Assembly: GCA_022750295.1 (NCBI GenBank)
Contig: JAKIVZ010000001.1
Location: forward strand, 133,651-197,650
From: Candidatus Lutacidiplasma silvani
GTDB taxonomy: Archaea; Thermoplasmatota; Thermoplasmata; Lutacidiplasmatales; UBA184
Direction: 5' to 3'
Length of the DNA: 64,000 bases
The number at the start of each line of letters is the position of its first letter. Positions within the stretch are counted from its first letter, which is position 1. Positions 1 through 10,241 of this stretch are shown here, piece by piece. Under the pieces are notes generated by a model, which saw nothing but the letters and a program-made list of their open reading frames with translations, made no database searches and was not told the origin of the DNA. Position numbers and translations under genes: made by a program.

Positions 1-117
1 ACTCCCCGCTCGTTTGGACGCCCTCGGGTTTCCGTCGTGGGCCTTCGCGGTGGGCGCCGCCCACCCCCCGCGAGAACCGTCGAGCCGCTCGCCCCGGGGC
101 GGTCCGTGACCCCCTCG

Positions 118-891
118 ATGCGGACCGTCGTTCCGGTGGTGGAACGGATCGTCGAGACGCCGAGCACGGTGACCCTTCGATTCGACGAGGCGAGCCGGGC
201 ACGGCCCGGACAGTTCGTGATGGTGTGGGTTCCCGGAGACGACGAACTTCCGATGTCGCTCTCCTACGTGGGCGCCCGAAAGGGGGTCACGGTCAAGGCG
301 ATGGGCGCCACCAGCCGCGGGATCCTTGAGATCTCCGTGGGGGCGCCAATCGGGATCCGGGGACCTTACGGAACCGCGTTCGACGTTGGGGCGCGTCGGA
401 TCCTCCTCGTGGGAGGCGGGTCGGGCACGGCCGTCCTGGCTCCGGCCGCGGAAGCGGCAATGGCGCGGGGGTCCCGCGTGACCGCCGCGCTTGGGGCGAC
501 CACGGCCACCGAGATGCTGTTCGAGGGCCGGCTTAGGACGGCGGGAGCCACGGTCGAATTGGCGACCGACGACGGGACAGCGGGAGAGCGGGGGTATGTG
601 ACCGGCGTGGTCGAGCGCCTCCTCCGGAGCGACCGGTACGACGTCGTCTGGACCTGCGGACCGGAAGTGATGATGCAGAAGGTCGCCGCGGCCGCGGATC
701 TGGCCGGCGTCCCGGTGGTCTTCTCGGTGGAGCGTCACATGAAGTGCGCGGTCGGAATGTGCGATGCGTGCACGCTCGGGCCCTACCACGTCTGCGTGGA
801 CGGACCCGTGTTCCCGGCGGACCGGATCGCCGCGCTCCCCGAGTTCGCCCACCGAAAGCGCGACCCATCCGGACGTTTGGTGCCGACGTAG
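118..891 (+). CDS. pyrK: dihydroorotate dehydrogenase electron-transfer subunit (PyrK-like FAD/NAD-binding protein with C-terminal 2Fe-2S Cys cluster)
   Basis: ORF 37..891, with the start taken at the internal ATG at 118 (MRTVVPV). The fold is ferredoxin-NADP reductase-like, and the C-terminus carries the motif MKCAVGMCDACTLGPYHVC, typical of PyrK. Confidence 0.75.
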   Translation: MRTVVPVVERIVETPSTVTLRFDEASRARPGQFVMVWVPGDDELPMSLSYVGARKGVTVKAMGATSRGILEISVGAPIGIRGPYGTAFDVGARRILLVGGGSGTAVLAPAAEAAMARGSRVTAALGATTATEMLFEGRLRTAGATVELATDDGTAGERGYVTGVVERLLRSDRYDVVWTCGPEVMMQKVAAAADLAGVPVVFSVERHMKCAVGMCDACTLGPYHVCVDGPVFPADRIAALPEFAHRKRDPSGRLVPT

Positions 892-955
892 GGCGGATTT
901 TTCTCGACGGCGACGCCCGGCGAAGGCTCATAACGAGCGAACCCTAGCCGCGCCT

Positions 956-1663
956 ATGCGAAAGGGCCTGGTCGTCGTCGGCGTCGTCCTGCTGATCATC
1001 GGCGTGCTCGCGGCTGGGCTGACCTTCCAGCTCTCGCAGAGCGCCAACGTCCCCGCCGCCCCGAGCGCGGAGACCGCGACGATGCCCACGCTCGAGGACG
1101 GCTCCGTTACAGTGTCCTGGTCCGGAGGGACGGCGGCGACGGTCCTGGGAGTCTTCTCCGGGACCGGCTGCACCAACGGCCCGGCCGCTCCTCTCGCTTC
1201 CGGTTCGGGGGCCTCGGGCTCGGTGACGGTCTCCGTGACTTCCGGTACGACGTACCAGATCTGCACGACCGCCGGCGGGCCCGTCAGCGCCACGATCCAG
1301 ACGGACGGGTTCGGGATCTTCGTCATCGTCGGCATCGTCCTCGCCGCCATGGGCGCCTTCCTCCTCGTCATCGGCGTCATGGCCCGGCCCCGCACTCGCG
1401 CGGCGCCCGCCGAAGTGGACGCGGCGACCCCCGCGGCCACGGACTCGACCCAGCCGTCGGACGGGTCGATGTCGGACCTTCACGCCCCTCGGGATCCGAC
1501 CGATCAGGGGCACATCATGCAGGCCGCCCCCATCGCCGAGCAGGCGGCCCAGGGGAACCGTGCGATGATCAAGTGCGCGTCGTGCGGCACCCTCAATGAG
1601 CCCTGGCTCCACAACTGCCGTCGCTGCCAGCGGGCGTTGACCACGACCGCCGAGTCGGTCTAA
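956..1663 (+). CDS. membrane protein with N-terminal TM anchor, Thr/Ser/Gly-rich ectodomain, second TM and C-terminal Cys4 zinc ribbon
   Basis: The internal ATG at 956 begins MRKGLVVVGVVLLIIGVLAAGL. A second hydrophobic segment is FGIFVIVGIVLAAMGAFLLVIGV. The C-terminus reads CASCGTLNEPWLHNCRRCQ. Confidence 0.55.
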   Translation: MRKGLVVVGVVLLIIGVLAAGLTFQLSQSANVPAAPSAETATMPTLEDGSVTVSWSGGTAATVLGVFSGTGCTNGPAAPLASGSGASGSVTVSVTSGTTYQICTTAGGPVSATIQTDGFGIFVIVGIVLAAMGAFLLVIGVMARPRTRAAPAEVDAATPAATDSTQPSDGSMSDLHAPRDPTDQGHIMQAAPIAEQAAQGNRAMIKCASCGTLNEPWLHNCRRCQRALTTTAESV

Positions 1664-1797
1664 GGGCCCCCCCCGGCCCCCCCGACGTGCCCCCGTCGGC
1701 CCCTGGGCCCTCGAATGGGCGGCCGCCAGCGTCCGGAACGGGCGCGGGTTCCTGCATCCTTTATCTCCGAACCCCGCTCCCCCCCGCGGGGCCGGCC

Positions 1798-3432
1798 ATG
1801 AAGGTGATCGTGGTCAGTGGCGGCGTCATCTCGGGGCTCGGCAAGGGGATCACGACCTCCTCGCTCGGGCGCCTCCTCAAGGCCCGCGGGATCCCCGTCA
1901 CGATCCTGAAGGTCGACCCGTACCTGAACGTCGACGCCGGGACGATGAACCCGTACCAGCACGGCGAGGTGTTCGTGCTGGACGACGGGACCGAGGCGGA
2001 CCTCGACCTCGGGAACTACGAGCGGTTCCTCGGGCAGAGCCTCGTCGGCTCGCACAACCTGACGACCGGCAAGGTCTACCGGACCGTCATCGAGAAGGAG
2101 CGGCGGGGCGACTATCTCGGCAACACCGTTCAGATCATCCCGCACGTCACGGGCGAGATCAAGCGGACGATCCGCGAGGTCGCCCAGGCGTCCGGGGCGG
2201 AGGTCGTCCTCGTCGAGGTCGGTGGGACGGTCGGCGACATCGAATCGATGCCGTTCCTCGAGGCGCTCCGCGAGCTTTCGTACGAGCTCGGCGAGGGCCG
2301 CTGCGCGTTCGTCCACACCACGCTCGTGCCGGTCGTCGGACCGAACAGCGAGGCCAAGACGAAACCGACCCAGCACTCGGTCCGCGAGCTGCGCGCCATC
2401 GGGATCCGCCCGACGCTGATCGTGGCCCGCGGGCCGGCCCCGCTCGCGCCGGACATCAAGGCGAAGATCTCGCTGTTCTGCGACGTTCCCCCCGAGGCGG
2501 TGATCTCAGTCCCGGACCAGTCGACGATCTACGAGGTGCCGCTGGTCCTCGAAGCGCAGGGGGTCGGCCGTCAGCTCACGAAGCTTCTCGGACTCACCGA
2601 CCGCGAACCGGACTACACCGCCTGGAAGGAGTTCCTCGCCACCTACCGGCGCGGCGACGGCGAGATCGAGGTCTCCGTGGTCGGGAAGTACACCGAGCTC
2701 CGCGACGCCTACCTCTCCCATATCGAGGCGTTCCACCACGTCCAAGGACGACTCGGCGTCACGATCCACCTGAAGTGGTACGACGCGGAGGATCTGCCGA
2801 GGGACCCGGCGGCGCTCGCCCGGGTCGCCCGCTCCGACGCGATCCTCGTCCCCGGCGGCTTCGGGGCCCGCGGCGTCGAGGGCAAGATGCTCGCGATCTC
2901 CGCCGCCCGTGAAGGCGGCATCCCGTTCCTGGGCGTCTGTTACGGGTTCCAGATGGCGGCGATCGAGTTCGCCCGGAACGTCCTCGCCTTGCCGCAGGCG
3001 AACACGACCGAGGTCGAGCCGCACACCCCCGACCCGGTGGTCTGCCTCCTCGAGGACCAGAAGACTCTCGCCACGATGGGCGGGACGATGCGCCTCGGCG
3101 CGCTCAAGGTCACCCTCACCGAGGAATCCCGGATCGCGCAGATCTACGGCCGGACCGAGCTGTTCGAGCGGCACCGCCACCGGTACGAGATCAACCCGGC
3201 GTACCTCGACCGGTTCCGCGAGCACGGCCTGCGGGTCACCGGACGGTCGCACGACGGCCGGGTGGAGGTCCTCGAACTGCCCGACCATCCGTTCTTCTTC
3301 GGGGTCCAGTTCCACCCGGAGTTCCTCTCCCGCCCCGAGGCGCCCCACCCCCTCTACCTCGAGCTCGTGAAGGCCGCGCTCGCGCGCAAGGGGGTGGCGG
3401 CCGATGTCGCTCCCACGCCGGCTCGCGCGTGA
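1798..3432 (+). CDS. pyrG: CTP synthase
   Basis: The start MKVIVVSGGVISGLGKGITTSSLG is the canonical PyrG N-terminus. A glutamine amidotransferase class I domain with GVCYGFQ lies at the C-terminus. The ATG at 1798 was verified in the sequence. Confidence 0.95.
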   Translation: MKVIVVSGGVISGLGKGITTSSLGRLLKARGIPVTILKVDPYLNVDAGTMNPYQHGEVFVLDDGTEADLDLGNYERFLGQSLVGSHNLTTGKVYRTVIEKERRGDYLGNTVQIIPHVTGEIKRTIREVAQASGAEVVLVEVGGTVGDIESMPFLEALRELSYELGEGRCAFVHTTLVPVVGPNSEAKTKPTQHSVRELRAIGIRPTLIVARGPAPLAPDIKAKISLFCDVPPEAVISVPDQSTIYEVPLVLEAQGVGRQLTKLLGLTDREPDYTAWKEFLATYRRGDGEIEVSVVGKYTELRDAYLSHIEAFHHVQGRLGVTIHLKWYDAEDLPRDPAALARVARSDAILVPGGFGARGVEGKMLAISAAREGGIPFLGVCYGFQMAAIEFARNVLALPQANTTEVEPHTPDPVVCLLEDQKTLATMGGTMRLGALKVTLTEESRIAQIYGRTELFERHRHRYEINPAYLDRFREHGLRVTGRSHDGRVEVLELPDHPFFFGVQFHPEFLSRPEAPHPLYLELVKAALARKGVAADVAPTPARA

Positions 3433-4714
3433 ACTGAAGGCGCTGGACGGCGAGACCGTCCGGATCGGGGGCCATCTCGAGGATTATCGGGCCCTCGGCG
3501 GGGTCGCGTTCGCGGTCGTCCGCGACGGCTCGGGGTCGACCCAGGTCACGCTGAAGAAAGGCGTCGCCGACCCCGCGCTGTTCGCCCTCTTCGAGACCAC
3601 CCCGCGCGAGTCGGTCGTCGAGGTCGAGGGGGTCGCCCGGCGGTCGGAGAAGTCGAACCGGGGGGTCGAGCTGTTCCCGACGGCCGTCCGCGTTGTGACG
3701 GCCGCGGAGGTCCCGCTCCCGCTCGGCGTCGTCGACAAGGTCGGCGCCGACCTCGACACCCGGCTCAACCACCGGGTCCTCGACCTCCGGAAGCCGGCGG
3801 TCCGGGCCGTCTTCGAGCTCCGCGCGGCGGTGCTCGACGGATTCCGGGCGGCGTTCCGGTCCCTCGGGTTCGTGGAGGTCGAAACCCCGAAGATCCTCCG
3901 CCAGGGCGCCGAGGGCGGCGCGACCCTGTTCCCCGTCGACTACTTCGGAGGCCGGGCGTTCCTCGCCCAGAGTCCGCAACTGTACAAGCAGATGCTGATG
4001 GCCGCGGACTTCGAGCGGGTGTTCGAGATCGCCCCCGCGTTCCGGGCGGAGCCGTCCGACACGATCCGCCACATCACGGAGTTCTCGAGCCTCGACGGAG
4101 AGATGGCGTTCATCGATTCGGCGGAGGACCTCCGGGTCACCCTCGAGGAGGCGGTGGCCCGGACGATCGCCCACGCGCGGACCCGGCTCACCGAGACCGG
4201 GAACCCGCTCGTGCCGAAGCTCGCCGACCCGCCGAGACCGTTCCCCAGGATCCCGTTCGCGACCGTTTCGGAGTGGCTTGGCCGCCCCGGCGCCGAGATC
4301 GACCTCGGGACGGAGGACGAGAAGCGGCTCGGGGAGATCGTCCAGCAGAAGCTCGGGGTCCCGCTGTACTACATCACCGACTTCCCGACGTCGATCAAGG
4401 CCGGGACCTTCTACGCCCGGCGGCAGGATGCGAACCCCGCCCTGACGGAGTACTTCGACCTCGGATTCTCCGGGATCGAGATCGCGAGCGGGGGGCCCCG
4501 CGAGCACCGGGTCGACCGGCTCCTCGCGAACATGGCGTCGGCCGGCGTCGACCCCGCGAGCTTCGCCGGCTACCTCGAGGCGTTCCGGTTCGGGATGCCG
4601 CCCCATGGCGGCTGGGGGTTCGGGATCGACCGGTTCACCTGGATGCTCGCAGGGGTCCCCAATATCCGTGAGACGCGCCTCTTCCCCCGCGACCGCTACC
4701 GGCTCGAGCCGTAG
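3404..4714 (+). CDS. aspS: aspartyl-tRNA synthetase, archaeal type (class IIb)
   Basis: An OB-fold N-terminus is followed by class II motifs (FRAEPSDTIRHITEFSSLDGEMAF and GGWGFGIDR). Its start overlaps the end of pyrG by about 29 nt. Confidence 0.9.
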   Translation: MSLPRRLARELKALDGETVRIGGHLEDYRALGGVAFAVVRDGSGSTQVTLKKGVADPALFALFETTPRESVVEVEGVARRSEKSNRGVELFPTAVRVVTAAEVPLPLGVVDKVGADLDTRLNHRVLDLRKPAVRAVFELRAAVLDGFRAAFRSLGFVEVETPKILRQGAEGGATLFPVDYFGGRAFLAQSPQLYKQMLMAADFERVFEIAPAFRAEPSDTIRHITEFSSLDGEMAFIDSAEDLRVTLEEAVARTIAHARTRLTETGNPLVPKLADPPRPFPRIPFATVSEWLGRPGAEIDLGTEDEKRLGEIVQQKLGVPLYYITDFPTSIKAGTFYARRQDANPALTEYFDLGFSGIEIASGGPREHRVDRLLANMASAGVDPASFAGYLEAFRFGMPPHGGWGFGIDRFTWMLAGVPNIRETRLFPRDRYRLEP

Positions 4715-4722
4715 GAGGTCCC

Positions 4723-6852
4723 GTGGTCACCGCAGGACGCTCGCTCACCGACCGCATCGACCTCGTCGGCCGGTGGGCCGCCATCCTCGAGGAGGCGGAG
4801 CTGCGCCCCCGGATCCTCGAGCTCGCCGACCGGTTCCCCGAGGAGCGGTCGCTCGAAGTCCCGTTCTCGGCCATCGAGTCGGCCGACCTCGGCCTCGCCG
4901 ACCTCGTCCTCGACCGGCCCGAGGACACGATCGCGGCCGGCATCCGCGCCATGCGGGAGCTGATCCCGGCGGCCAGCCCCGAGACCGAGGGGCTCCGGAT
5001 GCGCGTCATCGGCCTCCCGCCGACGGCCCGAAAATCGATCCGGGGGATTCGGGAAGCCGACCTGAACCAATTCATCGCGCTCGACGGGATCGTCCGGAAG
5101 GCGACGGAGGTCCGGCCCCAGATCCGGGAGGCGGTCTTCTCGTGCCTCGCGTGCCGGGCCGAGATCCGGGAACCGCAGGACGACGGGGCAACGGTGTTCC
5201 GCGAGCCGCTCGAGTGCCCGACGTCCCAGGGCGGATGCGGAAAACCCGCCGGACGGACCCGGTTCCGCCTCATGCCCGAGAAGTCGACGTACATCGACTC
5301 CCAGCGGATCGAGGTCCAGGAGAACCCGGAGACCCTGAAGGGAGGGGCCCACCCGCAGGGGATGTCGGTCCTGCTGACCGAGGACCTCACGGGGAAGGTG
5401 TTCCCGGGGAACCGGGTCGTCCTCAACGGGATCCTGAAGAGCCAGCAGCGGGCGACGGCCTCCCGGTCCGGGATCGTCCGGAGCACGACGTTCGACCTGA
5501 TCCTCCTCGGCAACTCGATCGAGTACAAGCAGCGGGAGTACGACGAGATCGAGATCTCGGAGGAGGAGGAGAAGACGATCCTCGCGTTCCGCGGCGACCC
5601 GACGGTCGTCGACAAGGTCGTCCTCTCGCTCGCCCCGACGATCAAGGGGATGGAGGAGGAGAAGGAGGCGATCGCCCTCCAGCTCTTCGGCGGCGTCGAG
5701 AAGCACCAGCCGGACGGCGTCCGGATCCGCGGCGACATCCATGTCCTCCTCGTCGGGGACCCGGGCACCGCGAAGAGCCAGCTCCTCCGGTACGTCGCCG
5801 ACGTCGCGCCGCGCGGGATCTACACGAGCGGCAAGGGGGCGACCGCCGCGGGCCTGACCGCCGCCGCCGTCAAGGACGACTTCGGAGGCGGACGGTGGAT
5901 GCTCGAAGCCGGGATGCTCGTCCTCGCCGACGGCGGCATCGCGGTCGTCGACGAGCTCGACAAGATGACCCCGGAGGACCGATCGGCGATGCACGAGGCG
6001 CTCGAACAGCAGACCGTCAGCATCGCGAAGGCCGGCATCACCGCCACGTTGAACGCCCGGTGTCCCGTCCTCGCTGCGGCGAACCCGAAATGGGGCCGGT
6101 TCAACGCCGACAAGGGGATCTCCGAGCAGCTCGACCTTCCCCCTACCCTCCTCTCCCGGTTCGACGTCATCTATTCGATCCGCGACCATCCGGAAGAGAA
6201 GCGCGACCGGTTCCTCGCGAACCGGATCCTCCTCTCCCACCAGGCGGGCGAGGCGATGAACGTCGGCCCGAAGACGGGGGGGGCGCTCCTCCACGCGTCC
6301 GAGGGGGCGCCGTTCCCGCCGGACCTTCTGCGGAAGTACATCGCCTACGCCCGGCGGAACACCCGCCCGGTCCTCTCGAACGACGCGCTCCGGGTGATCG
6401 AGGACTTCTACGTCCGCGTCCGGAAACAGGGCGAGGAACCGGACGCCCCGGTCCCGATCACCGCCCGGCAGCTGGAGGCGCTCGTCCGGCTCAGCGAGGC
6501 GGCGGCGCGGGCGCGCCTCTCGAACATCGTGAGCGTCGAGGACGCCGAACGGGCGACGCGGATCGTCGCCGGTTTCCTCGCCCGGGTGACGACGACCGAA
6601 GGACGACCGGACATCGACGCGATCGCGACCGGCGTCACCCACAACCAGCGCGAGCGGGTCGAGCGGCTCCAGGAGCTGATGCGGGAGCTGCAGGAGACGA
6701 GCGGCGGCACGTTCGACCTCTCCCAGTTGAAGAGCGAGGCCGAGCGGCGGGGGATCCCCCCGAACCGCGTCGACGCCCTGTTCACGATGCTCCGCAACCA
6801 GGGCGAGCTCGCCGAGACGCGGCCCGGCCGCTGGCAGTTGATCCGGTTCTGA
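4723..6852 (+). CDS. mcm: MCM replicative helicase
   Basis: GTG start. The Walker A motif GDPGTAKSQLLRYV, the Walker B/arginine finger region and a C-terminal winged helix are present, typical of archaeal MCM. Confidence 0.95.
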   Translation: MVTAGRSLTDRIDLVGRWAAILEEAELRPRILELADRFPEERSLEVPFSAIESADLGLADLVLDRPEDTIAAGIRAMRELIPAASPETEGLRMRVIGLPPTARKSIRGIREADLNQFIALDGIVRKATEVRPQIREAVFSCLACRAEIREPQDDGATVFREPLECPTSQGGCGKPAGRTRFRLMPEKSTYIDSQRIEVQENPETLKGGAHPQGMSVLLTEDLTGKVFPGNRVVLNGILKSQQRATASRSGIVRSTTFDLILLGNSIEYKQREYDEIEISEEEEKTILAFRGDPTVVDKVVLSLAPTIKGMEEEKEAIALQLFGGVEKHQPDGVRIRGDIHVLLVGDPGTAKSQLLRYVADVAPRGIYTSGKGATAAGLTAAAVKDDFGGGRWMLEAGMLVLADGGIAVVDELDKMTPEDRSAMHEALEQQTVSIAKAGITATLNARCPVLAAANPKWGRFNADKGISEQLDLPPTLLSRFDVIYSIRDHPEEKRDRFLANRILLSHQAGEAMNVGPKTGGALLHASEGAPFPPDLLRKYIAYARRNTRPVLSNDALRVIEDFYVRVRKQGEEPDAPVPITARQLEALVRLSEAAARARLSNIVSVEDAERATRIVAGFLARVTTTEGRPDIDAIATGVTHNQRERVERLQELMRELQETSGGTFDLSQLKSEAERRGIPPNRVDALFTMLRNQGELAETRPGRWQLIRF

Positions 6853-6931
6853 ACCCCGGGCCCGGTGCGGGCGCCGTTCGCGCAGTCCTGATAACCCCCC
6901 CGCGGCATCGATTGCGGGCGGAGGGCGTTCC

Positions 6932-7249
6932 GTGTCGGACGAGATCGTGATGCGGGTGCACCGGGTGCGCGCCGAGGTCGTGGTCGCGGCCTGCGACGCG
7001 GACCTGATCGGCCGCGAGCTCCCCGTGGGAACGAACGGTCGGACCGTGCCGGTGACGTCGTACTTCTACGGCGAGCGGAAGGTCACCGAGGAGGAGCTCG
7101 TCTGGGCGCTCCATCGCGCCACGACGGCGAACCTCCTCGGCCCTCGAGTCCTCGCGATCGCCCAGGAAGCCGGGTTCGTCGGACCGTCGGGGATCGGAAC
7201 GCTCGGCGGGGTTCCCCACGCCGAGATCTTCGCGATGTCGACGGAGTGA
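6932..7249 (+). CDS. small conserved archaeal protein (possibly DUF424-like)
   Basis: A 105-aa ORF with GTG start on the same strand directly after mcm. Its composition is coding-like and it contains the motif VVVAACDADLIGREL. Confidence 0.5.
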   Translation: MSDEIVMRVHRVRAEVVVAACDADLIGRELPVGTNGRTVPVTSYFYGERKVTEEELVWALHRATTANLLGPRVLAIAQEAGFVGPSGIGTLGGVPHAEIFAMSTE

Positions 7250-8001
7250 GCCGGCGGGGGAACGGACCGATGGGTACCGAGTTCTGCGTCGTCTGCGGCC
7301 GCTCCGACGTCCCCACCGTCGAGGGGGTCTGCGCCACCTGCTTCGCGAAGCGGACGACCCTCGTCCACGTCGAGGGACGACCGGTCGTCACGATCTGCCC
7401 CACGTGCGGCGCCCGGAAGACCGGGCAGGTCTGGGACCGGCGAGGCGCCTCGACGCTCCTCTCCCCGGAGGACCTGACCCCATTCCTCACGGTCCACCCC
7501 GAGGTCGGGATCCGGAAGATCCACTGGAGCGAGGGGGGGCAGAACCCCCTGATGCGGGACCTCGAGGCCGACGTCGAGCTCGTCTTCCGGGACGAGCGCC
7601 GGACCGAACACCTCCGGTTCGAGGTCAAGATCGAGCACCGGACCTGCACCGAGTGCAGCCGGAGGTCCGGCCACTTCTACACGGCCGTGATCCAGCTCCG
7701 GGCGAAGCTCGACGACCCGCCGGAGAAGGCCCGGGAGCTCCGCGAACGGCTCGAAAAGCAGTGGGAACGGATCATGCCCGAGGCCCGAAAGAACTGGAAG
7801 GAGGCGCTCTCGTGGAAGGAGGAGCTTCCCGAGGGGTGGGACATCTACGTCACCGACACGCTCGCCGCCCGCTCGATCGCCCGGCTCGGGAAGTCCCGGC
7901 TCGGTGGAACCCTGAAGGAATCGGCGACGCTCTGGGGCCGGAAGAACGGGCAGGACGTCTACCGCGTCACGCTCTGCCTCCGCGTCCCGCACGACGCGTA
8001 G
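7246..8001 (+). CDS. Nmd3-like ribosomal large-subunit export/biogenesis protein homolog (N-terminal double Cys4 zinc-binding region)
   Basis: The N-terminus reads FCVVCGRSDVPTVEGVCATCF...TICPTCGARKTG. This matches the Nmd3 N-terminal CxxC...CxxC x2 pattern. Confidence 0.6.
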   Translation: MSRRGNGPMGTEFCVVCGRSDVPTVEGVCATCFAKRTTLVHVEGRPVVTICPTCGARKTGQVWDRRGASTLLSPEDLTPFLTVHPEVGIRKIHWSEGGQNPLMRDLEADVELVFRDERRTEHLRFEVKIEHRTCTECSRRSGHFYTAVIQLRAKLDDPPEKARELRERLEKQWERIMPEARKNWKEALSWKEELPEGWDIYVTDTLAARSIARLGKSRLGGTLKESATLWGRKNGQDVYRVTLCLRVPHDA

Positions 8002-8093
8002 CCCCGGTTTCCCGTCGACGGGGCGACCCGTCGAACGGCAGGCTTAAAAGGCGACCCCCCCTCGGAACCGTCGGACGGGAGCGGATCCGGTCG

Positions 8094-8468
8094 ATGATGA
8101 AGAGAAGCGGTCTCCTACGGCGTCACCACGGCAGCGACACCCTGGAAGAGGGCACGTTCCTCGACCTCGGCACGATGGGATTCGAGGAAGAGGGCGGCGT
8201 CGCCACCCGCGGTTCGATCCGGCTCGCCGAGGTGCTGCGGTACGACGACATCCGGGCCGCGTCGAAGCTCGCCTACCAGGGCGACATCGTGATCATCGAC
8301 TACACGTCGGTCGCGAACGACCAGAACACGATCCGCCGGATGAGCATCGATTTGAAGAACGTCGCGAAGGACGTCAACGGCGACGTGGCGGGGATCGCGA
8401 AGAACCTGATCGCGCTCACGCCCGCGGGCATCCGTATCGACCGCCAGAAGATCCGCCCGTCGTTCTAG
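8094..8468 (+). CDS. sepF: cell division protein SepF homolog (DUF552)
   Basis: The internal ATG at 8094 begins MMKRSGLL. The C-terminal domain IRLAEVLRYDDIRAASKLAYQGDIVIIDYTSVANDQNTIRRMSIDLKNVAKDVNGDVAGIAKNLIALTPAGIRI aligns residue by residue with the SepF FtsZ-binding domain (LVEP..FEEA...L....VVVNL....DQ..RIVDFL.G...A..G...I....FL.TP..V). Confidence 0.7.
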   Translation: MMKRSGLLRRHHGSDTLEEGTFLDLGTMGFEEEGGVATRGSIRLAEVLRYDDIRAASKLAYQGDIVIIDYTSVANDQNTIRRMSIDLKNVAKDVNGDVAGIAKNLIALTPAGIRIDRQKIRPSF

Positions 8469-8485
8469 CCGTCCGGTCGAACCGG

Positions 8486-10006
8486 ATGAAGCTCGCCCTC
8501 GACCGCCGCGACGCCACCGTCGGCTCGATCGACGCCTCCGTCAGCGGCGTCTTCCAGCGCGGCGAGAAGGACGAATCGCTCCCCCGGACCCTCCAGAAGG
8601 AGGACGCCGTCACCGGCGGCCTCGTCACCGGGGCGTGGAACCGCCGCGAGATCCGCGGCCGCAAGCGCGAGATCACCGTGATCCACCGGCCCGATGGGAA
8701 GGGCCGGGTCCTCCTCGTCGGGCTCGGCGTCCGCGCCGAGGCGACCCACGAGACGGTCCGGAGGGCGGCCGCCGAGGTCGTGAAGGCGCTCAAGGGCCGG
8801 GGGGCCCGGACCGTCGGATTCCGATTGACGTCGTTCGTCGCGGAGGGGGTCCCCTCCGATGCCGCCGCCGAAGCGCTCGTCGAGGGCGCCGCGCTCGGCG
8901 CCTACGAATTCCTCCGCTACAAGACCAAGACCGACGGCGGCGTCGAAGAGGCGACCGTCTTCCTCGGCGAGGAGCACGGCCGCGAGGAAGCGGCGCTCCG
9001 GCGCCGGATCGACCGCGCCTCGACGATGACCGAGACCGTCGTGTGGACCCGGGACGTCGCGAACCTCCCGGCCGACGTCGCGTCTCCCGAACGGCTCGGG
9101 GAGGAGGCGCTGCGGCTCGGCAAGGACCTCGACCTCAAGGTCCAGGTCTTTGACGAGAAGAAACTCGCTGAGCTGAAGTGCGGCGGGATCCTCGCCGTCG
9201 GCGGCGGGTCCACGGCGCACCCTCCCCGGATGATCGTCGTCGAGTACCCCGGCGGGGCCCGGTCCGGGAAGACCGTCGCGCTCGTCGGCAAGGGGATCAC
9301 GTTCGACTCCGGCGGGATCTCGATCAAGCCGGCGCCCGCGATGGGCGAGATGAAATTCGACAAGTGCGGGGCCGTCGCCGTTCTCGGGATCGTCCGCGCG
9401 GCGGCGCTCCTGAAGGTCCCCTCGCGCGTCATCGGCGTCCTCGCCTGCGCCGAGAACGTGCCGAGCGGCACCTCGTACCGCCCGGGCGACGTCGTCCGGT
9501 CGTACGGCGGCCAAACGATGGAGATCCTGAACACCGACGCGGAAGGACGCGTCGTTCTGTCCGACGCCCTCTCCTACGCGATCGACAAGTACCACCCCGA
9601 CGAGGTGATCGACCTCGCGACCCTGACCGGCGCCCAAGTGGTCGCCCTGGGGGACGACACGGGGGCCCTCATCTCCAACGACGACCGGCTCGCGCAGGGA
9701 CTCCTCGAGGCCTCGAAGCGCACCGGCGAACCGCTCTGGCGGATGCCGCTCACCGACTACCACCGCGAGCTCGTCAAGAGCGACATCGCGGACGTCCGCA
9801 ACCACACCGAGATCCCGGTCGCCGGGATGCTCCAGGCCGCGGCGTTCCTCGAGACGTTCGTGGGGAAGACCCCGTGGGCCCACCTCGACATCGCCGGCGC
9901 GTCGTACACCACCGCGACGACGCGGAAGTGGCAGCCCGCCTACCAGTGCATCGGCGCGACCGCGTTCGCCGTCCGCACGGTCGCCACCTATCTCGAGGGC
10001 CGCTAG
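8486..10006 (+). CDS. pepA: leucyl aminopeptidase, M17 family
   Basis: The NTDAEGRVVLSDAL signature and the GKGITFDSGGISIKP motif are present. Confidence 0.9.
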   Translation: MKLALDRRDATVGSIDASVSGVFQRGEKDESLPRTLQKEDAVTGGLVTGAWNRREIRGRKREITVIHRPDGKGRVLLVGLGVRAEATHETVRRAAAEVVKALKGRGARTVGFRLTSFVAEGVPSDAAAEALVEGAALGAYEFLRYKTKTDGGVEEATVFLGEEHGREEAALRRRIDRASTMTETVVWTRDVANLPADVASPERLGEEALRLGKDLDLKVQVFDEKKLAELKCGGILAVGGGSTAHPPRMIVVEYPGGARSGKTVALVGKGITFDSGGISIKPAPAMGEMKFDKCGAVAVLGIVRAAALLKVPSRVIGVLACAENVPSGTSYRPGDVVRSYGGQTMEILNTDAEGRVVLSDALSYAIDKYHPDEVIDLATLTGAQVVALGDDTGALISNDDRLAQGLLEASKRTGEPLWRMPLTDYHRELVKSDIADVRNHTEIPVAGMLQAAAFLETFVGKTPWAHLDIAGASYTTATTRKWQPAYQCIGATAFAVRTVATYLEGR

Positions 10007-10241
10007 GCGCGCATCTCCCGCGCGCGGGCCCGGCCGCCCGGGGCCGTGTCGATTTCGTCCGGAGCCTCCCGACATCCCACCGGTTCTCAATCCCGAACTG
10101 GGGTGCGTCCGGACCCCCGAGGGGTCGACGCAATCCTCAGTACCCATCGCCCCTCTTCCGCCGCGAGGCCCGGCCTCAGGTACGCCCACGACGGAAGGTC
10201 CGATCGGAGCTCCGGCCGGATCGCCATCTCGGATTCGTCCC

